This document shows positions 47,348 through 59,966 of a DNA stretch of 64,000 bases, one piece after another; within the stretch, counting starts at the first letter, position 1; every line of letters starts with the position of its first letter. Made by a program: the position numbers and the translations under genes. The notes beneath the pieces were generated by a model. The model searched no databases. It had not been told where the DNA came from and worked only from the letters and a program-made list of their open reading frames with translations. The stretch comes from Microcella sp. (GTDB lineage Bacteria > Actinomycetota > Actinomycetes > Actinomycetales > Microbacteriaceae). Location: positions 1,943-65,942 of the forward strand of contig JAOASR010000036.1 in assembly GCA_030158585.1 (NCBI GenBank), given 5' to 3'.

Positions 47348-49663
47348 TCAAGCAGTCGACGCGCGAACGTCGTCGGCCAGAGCGACAAGCCGCCGGGCTC
47401 TCGCCCGGAACGAGTGGTCCCTCTGAACCCGTGCGGCGATTCGACGTCGATCTCGAGCACTCGGGAACAGTCGGTCGCGATCGCGCCAGAGATGCTCGAG
47501 TTCTTCGAGAGTCGAGTATGTCCGGACGGCGCCGCCGAACAGTTCCTCGATCCCCTCGACTTTATCGGAGATGACGCGCGCCCCCGCGGCGACCGCCTCG
47601 AAGACGCGATTGTTGATGAATCCCTCCTTTGCCATCTCAGGGAAGTGGTCGCTCAAGACGACGGCGGCGGCGGCGTACCTCGATGGAAGCTCGCCATTCT
47701 CGAGATACTCCCCCGCGTGGTAGTCCGTGAAACCGAACTCATGCCAGTTTGGCCCCCACAGCTCCAATGGCAGCCCAGCCCCTCGAGCGTCCGCGACGAC
47801 TTGGCGGCCATGGGGGGGCCTCGCTCCGCCGACGAAAAGCGCGCCCGCCGCGAAACGCTGCGCCCGAGATGAGGGCCGGAAACGATCAGCGGCGGCCTGG
47901 AGCAAGACCTCGACCCTGCGACCCGAGAGCGCACTTGCTCTGGCTGCCCAAGGCGCACTCGACGCAACGATCACATCGAAGCCGTCGAACTCGCGCACGT
48001 CGACGAGCTCCGGACGGCTGATGATCCACAGTATGTTTCGCCGACCGGGCACCGGTGTAATCGGGTGCCGACCGCGAAGGACGAGGACGACATCGTCGAG
48101 GTAGGACCAGCGACGTGCGCCTGGGTGGAATCGGTCGACGACAGCATCACATCCTTCGGCGCGTAAAGCTCGTGCGAGATCCGCGGCGAAAGGAACGTCG
48201 CCCCATCGGTCTCCTGAGCGACTATAGGCAGCACCCACCTTGATCGCCCAGCGCATCCGACCCCGGAAAGGATGCCCCTCGGGCCGCGTGAGAATCGGGC
48301 GGGGCCGGTCGGACTCGTTGGTGGGCGGCGCGACGTATGCCACGTCCCAGCCGGCGGCTCGCCACGGCAGCGGCTGCCGTTGCGGGAGCCAATCCGCGGA
48401 TCCCTCGTCTTGCACCGGCGGCACGGACGCGAGTCGCACCTCCACGTCCGACGTCAGCACGGTTCGGCTGCCGAGCACGACAACGAGAGAGCCTTGCCTC
48501 GCGAGCGCGTCTCCGATTGACGTGGCGAAAGGCTCCGCTTGAACGATCGCTCCCCACCACATCCCGAAGTTCGTTTCGCTGGGGCGGAAGGCGACCGCCC
48601 CTGGCGCGAATCCACGGGCGACTCGCCGCTCTGAAGCGGGAAGGTCATCGGGCGACAGCCCCTCGAGGAAGGGAGCTCGATGGGACGTCCCAGGGATGAC
48701 CTCGAGTCCGGCTGCGATCAGCGTCCCATCGGACGCGCTGATGACCGGCTGACTCCCAGAGACCGCGGGCTCGTCAAGGGCATCCACCAACATCTCCACA
48801 GCCGAGTCCCGCCAGACAAGGTCAGGATCCGCAATCACGATCGCTGCGTAGTCGGACAGCGCGTCGCTAGCCTCCTGGTCAGAAACACCCGAGAGTGACT
48901 CGTGACGAACGACGCGAACTGACTCGTAGCCGCCCAGCGAGGCGACCGCGAGCGCGCCGGACAAGTCCCTGTTTGGGTGGACGACGAGCACGACGCGAAT
49001 CGACCGGTCAGAAGGACCCGCGAGTGCCGACCTGATCGCGCGAATCAGTCGCTCGGGCCGCGCGCCGCGATCGATGACGACGACGAGCGTGGAGTTCGAT
49101 CGTCGGTCGAAATCGAAGACGTCTCGAGGTCGCGCGACGCCGTCGGACCGACGAGACTGCCTCGCGATGGAGGTCATCGATGCACGGATTCGGCCCCAGG
49201 TGAGGTCGACGTCCCCGTATGGGAGAGGATCCGTCGGGCTCAGTCGAGCGACCTCTCGCGCTTCGAGGCTCCGCCCTCGACTTTGTTGACCTCCTCGGGT
49301 CGGATGCCCCTCTGCTCCGTTCGCGGATGAAGGCGCCAACTGCTCGCGTGCGTGCCACGGGAATCCCCAGGGAACACCCCTGGCCTCATCCGTCTCCAAC
49401 CACCGGAGAACAGCCAGAAGATCCCCGGTCTGCAGCAGGACTCGAATCACCTCGGGGAGGGACGAGACATCGAGCAGCGGGTGGAAAGGCGCTAATCCAT
49501 CTGCTCCGACCAGCCGATACCGCGCCGCGACCTCTTGCGGGGGTAGCGCAGGAAGATCGAGGACCGCCGCGACGAATTCCGTGTCGAAGAGCGGGTGTGC
49601 CGCCACTGACCAGTCCGCACCCGTCGCAATCAACGCCCCTTCTGCCGCATTCTCGCCTAGCAC
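47348..49663 (-). CDS. multidomain glycosyltransferase: degenerate GT2 plus C-terminal CgeB-like (Glyco_trans_1_2) domain
   Basis: WGDVPFA..LARAL, LWIISRP, VVLSDH..M.KEGFINNRVFEAVAAGA and HSFRARA. Start placed at GTG 49663 after GGAAGAGGA. Confidence 0.78.
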   Translation of the reverse strand: MLGENAAEGALIATGADWSVAAHPLFDTEFVAAVLDLPALPPQEVAARYRLVGADGLAPFHPLLDVSSLPEVIRVLLQTGDLLAVLRWLETDEARGVPWGFPWHAREQLAPSSANGAEGHPTRGGQQSRGRSLEAREVARLSPTDPLPYGDVDLTWGRIRASMTSIARQSRRSDGVARPRDVFDFDRRSNSTLVVVIDRGARPERLIRAIRSALAGPSDRSIRVVLVVHPNRDLSGALAVASLGGYESVRVVRHESLSGVSDQEASDALSDYAAIVIADPDLVWRDSAVEMLVDALDEPAVSGSQPVISASDGTLIAAGLEVIPGTSHRAPFLEGLSPDDLPASERRVARGFAPGAVAFRPSETNFGMWWGAIVQAEPFATSIGDALARQGSLVVVLGSRTVLTSDVEVRLASVPPVQDEGSADWLPQRQPLPWRAAGWDVAYVAPPTNESDRPRPILTRPEGHPFRGRMRWAIKVGAAYSRSGDRWGDVPFAADLARALRAEGCDAVVDRFHPGARRWSYLDDVVLVLRGRHPITPVPGRRNILWIISRPELVDVREFDGFDVIVASSAPWAARASALSGRRVEVLLQAAADRFRPSSRAQRFAAGALFVGGARPPHGRQVVADARGAGLPLELWGPNWHEFGFTDYHAGEYLENGELPSRYAAAAVVLSDHFPEMAKEGFINNRVFEAVAAGARVISDKVEGIEELFGGAVRTYSTLEELEHLWRDRDRLFPSARDRRRIAARVQRDHSFRARARRLVALADDVRASTA

Positions 49664-49869
49664 GGTTCCTCTTCCTGGGCTACGTCTGTCACACAGGAGA
49701 GGGTATGCGCCTCCACCCAATTCCTGGTCGCCCGCGCCTCTGCCGAAGGAAAACGAACCATCGTCCGAAATCCGATCACGCGCGAAAATGCTACTGACGG
49801 CCACCCGCGGTCCAGTGCATGGGCGCCGCCGCACAGGATCGTCAGACCCGGAGGCGAGGGGGTGCCGCG

Positions 49870-51063
49870 ATGACAGCCACCGACTACCTGCCGCTCAACC
49901 GCCGTCGCTTCGAGAGCAATCGCGGCACAATCCCGGGCGATTCCGTGCCGTGGGAGCTGGATGACAAAGAGACGGGCCTGCGCTGGGCCCGTGACCAGGG
50001 GTACCGAACGACCGAGTTCCTTCGACGCGCGTCGGCCCGCGAGGCGGTCGAGGACGGCCTCGCGCGCTGGGGCAAGGTGGTGCTCAAGCAGCCGAACAGT
50101 CACTCGCACCACGGCGTCTACATGCTCGAGCGCACGGACACCGGCGCCCTCTTCGACCACCTCCGGCTGCGGCGGGTGCCCGATCTGGACGACATGCCCA
50201 TCCATGGACAACCTCCGCCGTACTGGCTCGCAGAACAGTGGGTCGACTCCGGGATGCCGGGCGCACCGATCCCGCCGGACTACAAGATCTTCTGCTTCCG
50301 CGGCCGCATCAGCCACATCTGGCAGGTTGACCGGGTGGTCGCACCGGCGCGGCTCGCAACGTTCGATGGCGCCTTCTTTCCGCTCGAACTCGGTCGGCAT
50401 TTCACGGCGCCGTCGACTCGGTTGCAGCGCGGCTGGCACCGCCTTCCGATCCACGCTCGAGCGATGCTCGAGATGGCGCGAACGCTCTCGCTGCGGATGG
50501 ACATGGCCTTCGTGCGGATCGACTGCTTTGACGGTCCGGACGGGCCGTTGGTGGGCGAGATCACCTTCGCCTCGGGCCTCGAGGACAAGGGCGGCTTCCT
50601 GCCGTCACCGATGCTGGCATCGATCATCGATGACGCGCTCCACGGCCGAGGAGTGCGCGCCGCATCCGGGTTCGATATCGACCTCGACCGATTCTGGTCG
50701 ATGCCGCACCCCGCGCGAGACTTCACGAGCGACGCCCACGAGTTGCGCGTGATTCAGACGGGCGCGCTGAGCGGCGATCGGCAGTACCCCGGGGCGGCGC
50801 GGCGGCGACTGCGCCCCGGGCCGGGCGCGGAAGTGCTCGAACTGTCGCTGCGCACGATCGCGATCCTGAACGGCGAGCATCGAGGCGCGTACGACCTGCA
50901 GGAGTGGCTCGCGGAACCACGCGGGGTGATTCGCAGCCCAGCGCGTCGCGAGGAGTTCAGGTCGATCGCGCGCGAATTCCACGCCGCACGTGCCCACAAC
51001 GTGTGGCACGCGCGCCGCGCCGCCGAGCTCACCGCGGAGGTCGTGATGGGGGACAATGGGTGA
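49870..51063 (+). CDS. TupA-like ATP-grasp amidoligase
   Basis: VLKQPNSHSHHGV, LAEQWV, DYKIFCFRG, FVRIDCF and VGEITF; SD before ATG 49870. Confidence 0.8.
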   Translation: MTATDYLPLNRRRFESNRGTIPGDSVPWELDDKETGLRWARDQGYRTTEFLRRASAREAVEDGLARWGKVVLKQPNSHSHHGVYMLERTDTGALFDHLRLRRVPDLDDMPIHGQPPPYWLAEQWVDSGMPGAPIPPDYKIFCFRGRISHIWQVDRVVAPARLATFDGAFFPLELGRHFTAPSTRLQRGWHRLPIHARAMLEMARTLSLRMDMAFVRIDCFDGPDGPLVGEITFASGLEDKGGFLPSPMLASIIDDALHGRGVRAASGFDIDLDRFWSMPHPARDFTSDAHELRVIQTGALSGDRQYPGAARRRLRPGPGAEVLELSLRTIAILNGEHRGAYDLQEWLAEPRGVIRSPARREEFRSIAREFHAARAHNVWHARRAAELTAEVVMGDNG

Positions 51064-51108
51064 CGGAACACGAGCGAAGCCCGGATGCGGGTGGCTGAGG
51101 GGAGAACG

Positions 51109-52196
51109 ATGACGTCCGCGTCGCAACGTATGGTGGTGTTCCCGTTCTGGACCGACAACCCGTATCTGAACCAGCTCTACCTTGCGCCCATTGCGCAGGG
51201 TCTCGAGATCACGCGAGTGAGCGCGTTCGACGGTCTCCTGGCCGAGCTCGCGACGCTAGCGGCAGGGGACTTGGTGCATCTGCACTGGACGGGCCCGATC
51301 GTCCAGCGCGGCGAGACCGAGGTCGAGGGGCGCGAACGTCGCCTCACGTTCCAGGCGGCCGTCGACGCGGCGATCGATCGAGGGGCACGTCTGATCTGGA
51401 CGGTGCACAACGCCTTCCCGCACGAGATGCGGTACCGCAATGAAGAACTCGAACTCATCCGGTTCCTCGATGCCCGCGCATCGACCATCCACGTCCTTTC
51501 GCCGTCGACCGCCGACGTTGTCCGCGTCGACTATTCGCTCGACGAGTCCAAGATCGTCTCCGTACCGCACTCCAGCTACTGGGGGGTCTACGACCAGACG
51601 ATCGGACGAGCCGAGTCGCGGGCGCTGCTCGGGCTCGCTGACGATGACCTCGCCATCGTGTTCGTCGGCCAGATGCGCCCGTACAAGGGGATCGACGAAC
51701 TGCTTGCGACAATCGGTGTCCTCGTCCAGCGCGACCCGCGCTACACGCTCATCATGGCCGGCAAGACCAGTGATGACGATGTTCGAACGATCGACGATCT
51801 CGTCCCGGCGAACGCGCGGGTCTATCGCGAGCACCGGTTCATCCCCGACGAGGAGGTGCCCCGCTGGCTTTGTGCGGGCGACGTGGCCGTGCTGCCGTAT
51901 CGCAATGTTCTCAACTCGGGCAGCATCTTCCTGGCAGCAACGTTCGGGCTCCCCGTGGTCGTACCCGACCAGCCGAGCCTGCGGCACGACTTTGGTGCGG
52001 AGCCGTGGGTGACGTTCGCCGCGTCAGATGGCGGACCGACGGCCATTGCGGATGCAGTCGAGCGGGCACTGAACCATCGCGAAACGGCAGGGAGAAGCGC
52101 TGAGGCGTGGGCGCGGACGCATACCCCATGGGCGATGTCGCGACGCTTCGCGGCGGATGTCATCGAATCGCACCTCGTTTCCCGAGCGACCGCTGT

Positions 52197-52200
<4 letters not shown>
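51109..52200 (+). CDS. GT4 glycosyltransferase
   Basis: NPYLNQL, HLHW, WTVHN, GQMRPYKG and VLPY...NSGS..LAATFGLP. Confidence 0.85.
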
Positions 52201-55066
<2,866 letters not shown>

Positions 55067-55100
55067 GACCTCGGCGTGCCTCAGCAGAGCACGGCCGTGA

Positions 55101-55967
55101 TCACGCTCTCGATCGCCATCCCGCTCGCCACTCGCCCAGGGTGATGGCCACGACGCAGAGGATGTAGACCGGCAGCCCGACCAGCAGGGCTCGGCGCTGG
55201 TCTCCGGTCACGACGTATGGGAGCCACCGACGTGCGTGCTGCGCCCGCTCACGAATACGGCGAACAAAGCGGAGGCGAGGGCGACCCTGTGCGGCGAGCA
55301 GGAGAGCGCGGCGATAGCCACGGCGATAGCCGTCGGGAAGTGCGTCTCGAAGGCGTTCCAGGCCCCGATGAACCGTGACGACCTGCGGATCCCAGTGGAT
55401 GGAGATGCCATGCTCGACGAAGCGGGCATGGTAAGCCGTGTCCTCACCGTCGGGCAGGGAGCCGTCGAACGGACCGACAGCCGTCAGCACGTCTCGGGAG
55501 TACGACACCCCGTACCGCAGTGCGTACTTCGAAGGCATGGTCGGCATGCGCAGCACATGAAGAGTGAGGTGGATCGCGAGCGTCGTGGGGTGCAGAGGCC
55601 TGTGGGGCACGAGAGCGCTCGCGACGGCGGGGTGCCCCGCTTCGTGCGCGTCCCGCCGAGCGCGGATCCAGCCGGCCTCGGCAGTGCAGTCGTCGGCGAG
55701 GAACGCCACGATAGGAGCGGTAGTCCGCTCGATTCCCACGTTGCGTGCGGCGCCGACGTACAGGCGCTCGGAGAACTCGGCGACCGGCACATCGAGACCC
55801 TCAGCCTCGAGGAGCGATCGCACGTCACCGCCACCGGAGTGCACCACGATGAGCTCGGTGCCGATGTCTTGCGCCATCACGGATCGAACCGCTGCAGGAA
55901 GAGTCGCGCGCGGCCCGTAGGACAGGACGATGACGGCGACCTCGGGGTGCGCGGCGCCGTCGGTCAC
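55101..55967 (-). CDS. GT2 glycosyltransferase
   Basis: VGAARNVG, AFLADDC and VGPFD...GEDT. Confidence 0.8.
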   Translation of the reverse strand: MTDGAAHPEVAVIVLSYGPRATLPAAVRSVMAQDIGTELIVVHSGGGDVRSLLEAEGLDVPVAEFSERLYVGAARNVGIERTTAPIVAFLADDCTAEAGWIRARRDAHEAGHPAVASALVPHRPLHPTTLAIHLTLHVLRMPTMPSKYALRYGVSYSRDVLTAVGPFDGSLPDGEDTAYHARFVEHGISIHWDPQVVTVHRGLERLRDALPDGYRRGYRRALLLAAQGRPRLRFVRRIRERAQHARRWLPYVVTGDQRRALLVGLPVYILCVVAITLGEWRAGWRSRA

Positions 55968-56024
55968 GGTGTCGACCTTAGTTGTCGGTCAGGCGCCCTT
56001 ACTTGCGCCGCTACCGTGGAGACC

Positions 56025-56867
56025 GTGACTCGCTACCTCATCACCGGTGCCGCCGGCATGCTCGGCCGTGACCTGCAGTCCGCTCTTGACGGCCGCGAGG
56101 TGACCGCGCTCGATCGCACCTCCCTCGACATCACCGATCCCGATGCGTGCCACGCCGCCATCGCCGAGCACGACGTCGTCATCAACGCCGCCGCCTACAC
56201 CGCCGTGGACGCTGCGGAGAGCGACGAGGGGGCCGCCCGTCTCGTGAACGCGCTAGGCGCGGAGAACCTTGCCAGAGCATCCGCCGCCCACGGGGCCGTG
56301 ATGGTGCAGCTGTCGACCGACTACGTCTTCGCCGGAGATGCCGCTGCCCCCTACTCGGAAGACGCACCCCTGGCCCCCGTCTCGGCCTACGGCCGCACGA
56401 AGGCCGACGGCGAGCGGCTCGCCCGCGCGGCGAACCCCGATGCCACGATCGTCATGCGCACCGCATGGCTCTACGGCGAGCACGGCTCGAACTTCGTCAG
56501 CACGATGGAGCGACTCGCCGGCGAGCGCGAGACGCTCACGGTCGTCGACGACCAGCGTGGCCAACCGACCTGGACGGCCGACCTCGCCGCGCAGATCGTG
56601 CAGACTCTCGACGCAGGCGTGCGCTCCGCGACGCTGCATGGCACGAGCGCTGGCGAGACGACATGGTTCGACTTCGCCCGTGCGATCTTCCGGATGCAGG
56701 GCTGGGACGATCGACGGGTTCAGCCTGTCTCGAGCGCCGACTTCGTGCGCCCGGCACCGCGCCCGGCGTACTCGGTGCTCGGGCACGAGGGCTGGCGACG
56801 AGCGGGGATCAAGCCGATCCGCCCGTGGGAGGACGCGCTCTCGGACTACCTGCGAGACGCTCGCTGA
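56025..56867 (+). CDS. rmlD: dTDP-4-dehydrorhamnose reductase
   Basis: TGAAGMLG, AAYTAVD, STDYVF, YGRTK, DQRGQPT and RPAPRPAYS. Confidence 0.95.
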   Translation: MTRYLITGAAGMLGRDLQSALDGREVTALDRTSLDITDPDACHAAIAEHDVVINAAAYTAVDAAESDEGAARLVNALGAENLARASAAHGAVMVQLSTDYVFAGDAAAPYSEDAPLAPVSAYGRTKADGERLARAANPDATIVMRTAWLYGEHGSNFVSTMERLAGERETLTVVDDQRGQPTWTADLAAQIVQTLDAGVRSATLHGTSAGETTWFDFARAIFRMQGWDDRRVQPVSSADFVRPAPRPAYSVLGHEGWRRAGIKPIRPWEDALSDYLRDAR

Positions 56868-56893
56868 CGACCGTTCCGCCCCTCGCGCCCCGA

Positions 56894-56930
56894 TAGGCTG
56901 ACCATTACCCCCGTTCGGGGGTAGAGGAGG
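56894..56930 (+). promoter_or_regulatory. -10 box TAGGCT, 5' hairpin and SD of the downstream GT4
   Basis: TAGGCT at 56894-56899; perfect stem TACCCCC-gttc-GGGGGTA at 56906-56923; GAGGAGG at 56924-56930. Confidence 0.55.
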
Positions 56931-56934
56931 TGCC

Positions 56935-58080
56935 ATGTCGACGACCCACCTCCGCGTGATCCTCGATCGCGCGGGCGAGGAGTCCCCCTCCGGTGTCGGT
57001 CGATACGCCCTCGAGCTCACCAGGCAGCTGATCGCGACCGCTCCCCGAGACTGCGGTGTGCTGGGTATCGTTCCCTCCTCGCCCGAATCCGACTACCAGC
57101 GCATCGAGCGCGAGCTCCCCGGGCTCGCGCACCTCGCCAAGAGCGCCCTCGATCGCCGCCAGCTCAGCGCGGCGTGGCAGCACGGCTTCACGCGACTTCC
57201 GGGCCGAGGCATGGTCCACGCGCCGAGCCTGTTTGCCCCGCTGCGACGGCATGATCGGTTCGAGAACCCGAACGAGCAGATCGTCGTGACGATCCATGAC
57301 GCGGTTCCGTGGACTCATCCCGAGATCATGTCGTCGCGCGAGGTCGCCTGGGCGCGGGCGATGGCCTCGAGAGCCAAGCGCTACGCCGACGCGATCGTGG
57401 TCCCCTCCCATGCCGTCGCCGAGCAGCTCGACGAGGCTCTGGGGCTGGGCGACCGGCTGCGAGTCGTCGCCGGTGCGGCGAGTGCGAGCCTTATACGCGG
57501 AAACGACGCCGCAGACCGCGCGACGCGACTGCGGCTGCCCGATCGCTACATTCTCGCCGTCGGTCCGTTCTTACCTGGAAACGGCATCAATGACCTGATC
57601 TGGGCACTCTCCGACGCGGCGGCGCCCGACCTTCCGCTCGTCCTCGCGGGGCCCGTCAACGACGATCTCCTCGACCTCGGCCGCGTGCAGTCGGATGCGC
57701 ATCTCGCGCCCGAACGCCTTCTGCGACTAGGAACTCTCGACGACGCCGACCTAGCGGTGACCTATGATCGTGCAGCCGCCCTCGTCGCCCCCCATCTCGC
57801 CGGGGGATTCTCCCTGCCGGTGCTCGAGGCGATGAGCCTGGGCACTCCGGTGATCCACTCCGATGCACCAGCCCTTGTGGAGCTTGCAGCGGGAGCCGGC
57901 TTGTCGGTCGCACGCCATGACTTCGCCGGTTATCCTCGCCGCCTCGCAGAAGCGATTCGCCACGTAGCCGATTCCGGCCTCGCGGCCGAGGAACTCGTCG
58001 TTCGTGGTCGAGATCGCGCGCGCGCGTTCAGTTGGCGCGATTCTGCGGAGAAGACCTGGCAGCTGCACGCCGACCTGTAG
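56935..58080 (+). CDS. GT4 glycosyltransferase (mannosyltransferase-like)
   Basis: SGVGRY, VTIHDA, GFSLPVLEAMSLGTPV and FSW. Confidence 0.87.
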   Translation: MSTTHLRVILDRAGEESPSGVGRYALELTRQLIATAPRDCGVLGIVPSSPESDYQRIERELPGLAHLAKSALDRRQLSAAWQHGFTRLPGRGMVHAPSLFAPLRRHDRFENPNEQIVVTIHDAVPWTHPEIMSSREVAWARAMASRAKRYADAIVVPSHAVAEQLDEALGLGDRLRVVAGAASASLIRGNDAADRATRLRLPDRYILAVGPFLPGNGINDLIWALSDAAAPDLPLVLAGPVNDDLLDLGRVQSDAHLAPERLLRLGTLDDADLAVTYDRAAALVAPHLAGGFSLPVLEAMSLGTPVIHSDAPALVELAAGAGLSVARHDFAGYPRRLAEAIRHVADSGLAAEELVVRGRDRARAFSWRDSAEKTWQLHADL

Positions 58081-58095
58081 GCGGCCGCCCGGAGC

Positions 58096-59412
58096 TCAGG
58101 GCTCGGTCGGCGCGACCGCATCAGCGACCAGCGAACGCGCGAACTCGTAGTCGGGTTCGACGTTGTCGATCGTCGGCGGGGTGAGTTCGACATCGACGAT
58201 CGCCAACGCTCGCGCCTTGACGGCGAGGTCGCTAAGGAGGCCGACCATTGATTGGGGAATGTCCGTTCGAACGACGTTGCTCCCCGCGTTCGCGATGTCC
58301 CGGAAGCGCGTGACAACCGTGGCAGGGTCAATCTGACGCAGAATGGCCTCCTGGATCTGACGCTGGTGACGCATCCGATCGAAATCGGTGATGTTGTAGC
58401 GATTTCGGGCGTACCAGAGCGCCGTGTCGCCGTTCATGCGCTGCTCGCCGGCCACGATCTCGCCGACGACCGGACCACCATTGACTCCGAGCTGCATGGG
58501 CTCGGCATCGACGACGATTCCGCCCAGTGCGTCGATGAGGGCGTCGAAGCCCTCCATGTCGATGAGCACGGTGTACTGCACCTCGAGACCCGTCACTCCC
58601 TCGACGGCATCCTTCATGGCCTCGAGCCCTGGAGTGCTGCCGTCGCGCTCGGCCCGCGGGTAGAGCTCGGGGTGCTCCTCCGCCCATGGATACAGGTAGC
58701 TGATCAGGCAGTCGTCGCCGCAGTCAAAGCCGTTCGGCCACTCCTCCCAGAGCGGAGAGTCCTCCGAGAACGGGGCGTTGTAGAGGTTGCGCGGCACGCC
58801 GATCATGGTCACCGCGCCCGTGCCGGCGTCGACGCTCGCGAGGCTGATGCTGTCCGGACGCAACCCGATCCGGTCGGGACCGGCGTCACCGCCGAGCAGC
58901 AGAATGTTGTAGCGACCATCGATCGGCGGCTCGATGAACCCGCCGGCGAAGACGCTCCCCAGAGTGTCACGGCCGATGCCGGTCGCCCACGCTGCCCATC
59001 CGGTGCCGCCGACGGCCACGACGAGCGAGAGCGCGACGAATCCTGCAAGGGCGCCTCGTGCACGCGGCGCCGCCTTCACGATGCGCGCGAGAGTCAGGGT
59101 GTTGACGGTCGTCACCAGCCATAGCGCGGCGTAGAAGATGAGTCCGAGCTGGGCGATCCAGAGGGTCACGACGTTCGTTGCGATCGTCAGCGCCACCGGT
59201 CGAGCCAGAGCGAAGAGCAGGATCGCGGCGATGACGATGCCCCACAGCACGAACGTCGAGCCCACGGCGAATCTTCCCCAGCGGCGGTCACCCGCGAGCA
59301 GCTGCGCTGACCCCGGGATGAGCAAGTTGAGCCCCAGCAGCCACCAGGCCCGCTTGGCCATGAGCTCAGGTTGGTTCGTGTCAGGGCGCCGCAGCGGCGA
59401 GGTGAGACTCAC
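58096..59412 (-). CDS. LCP (LytR-CpsA-Psr) glycopolymer:peptidoglycan ligase
   Basis: N-terminal TM segments; [31 protein letters not shown] and DFDRMRHQ. Confidence 0.92.
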   Translation of the reverse strand: MSLTSPLRRPDTNQPELMAKRAWWLLGLNLLIPGSAQLLAGDRRWGRFAVGSTFVLWGIVIAAILLFALARPVALTIATNVVTLWIAQLGLIFYAALWLVTTVNTLTLARIVKAAPRARGALAGFVALSLVVAVGGTGWAAWATGIGRDTLGSVFAGGFIEPPIDGRYNILLLGGDAGPDRIGLRPDSISLASVDAGTGAVTMIGVPRNLYNAPFSEDSPLWEEWPNGFDCGDDCLISYLYPWAEEHPELYPRAERDGSTPGLEAMKDAVEGVTGLEVQYTVLIDMEGFDALIDALGGIVVDAEPMQLGVNGGPVVGEIVAGEQRMNGDTALWYARNRYNITDFDRMRHQRQIQEAILRQIDPATVVTRFRDIANAGSNVVRTDIPQSMVGLLSDLAVKARALAIVDVELTPPTIDNVEPDYEFARSLVADAVAPTEP

Positions 59413-59918
59413 TGCGCGCGGGAGGCGACCGCGGTCTTGAGCGCCTCGTTCTTCGCGGCGACGGCCTGCTCGAGGCCGGCGGCGAAGGCGGCCAGCTTCT
59501 CGGCGACCCCCGCATCCGTCGCCCCGATCATGCGCGCGGCGAGGATGCCCGCATTGCGCGCCCCGCCGATCGACACGGTCGCGACCGGGATGCCCGCGGG
59601 CATCTGCACGATGCTCAGCAGAGAATCCATGCCGTCGAGGTACGCGAGCGGCACGGGCACGCCGATGACCGGCAGCGTCGTGACCGAGGCGATCATGCCC
59701 GGCAGGTGCGCGGCACCGCCGGCCCCCGCGATGATGGCGCGGATGCCCTAGCCTGCGGCCGCACGGCCGTAGGCGATCATCGCGTCGGGCGTGCGGTGGG
59801 CGCTCAGCACCTCGACCTCGCAGGGGATGCCGAACTCGTCGAGCGCCGCGACGGCGTGCTGCATGACCGACCAGTCGGAGTCGGAGCCCATGACGACGGC
59901 GATGAGAGGTTCAGGCAC
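59409..59918 (-). pseudogene. purE: N5-carboxyaminoimidazole ribonucleotide mutase, interrupted by an in-frame TAG at 59748-59750
   Basis: Continuous frame VMGSDSDW...SAHRTP...[33 protein letters not shown]...[14 protein letters not shown]. The two track ORFs (59748-59951 and 59409-59696) are the same frame split by one stop. Confidence 0.85.
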
Positions 59919-59966
59919 GAGTGCCATCGTAGGCGTCAGGGCACCCAGCACCGTTCCGAGACACGG

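Noticed and set aside
47254-47460. 68-aa ORF ending in an ATGA overlap with the fucosyltransferase-like start, suggesting a frameshifted tail of the CgeB-like gene
   Set aside because: The CgeB-like protein already ends with its typical HSF..RA..L terminus at 47348, and the small ORF has no recognisable content.
49664-49834. N-terminal extension of the 828-aa ORF to 49834
   Set aside because: It would run into the upstream region of the divergent ATP-grasp gene; a good SD precedes GTG 49663, so this stretch is more likely a divergent promoter region.
59748-59750. Genome-wide TAG recoding or pyrrolysine as the explanation of the purE stop
   Set aside because: Many genes here end at TAG at their natural C-termini, and no pyl genes or suppressor tRNA are in the window.
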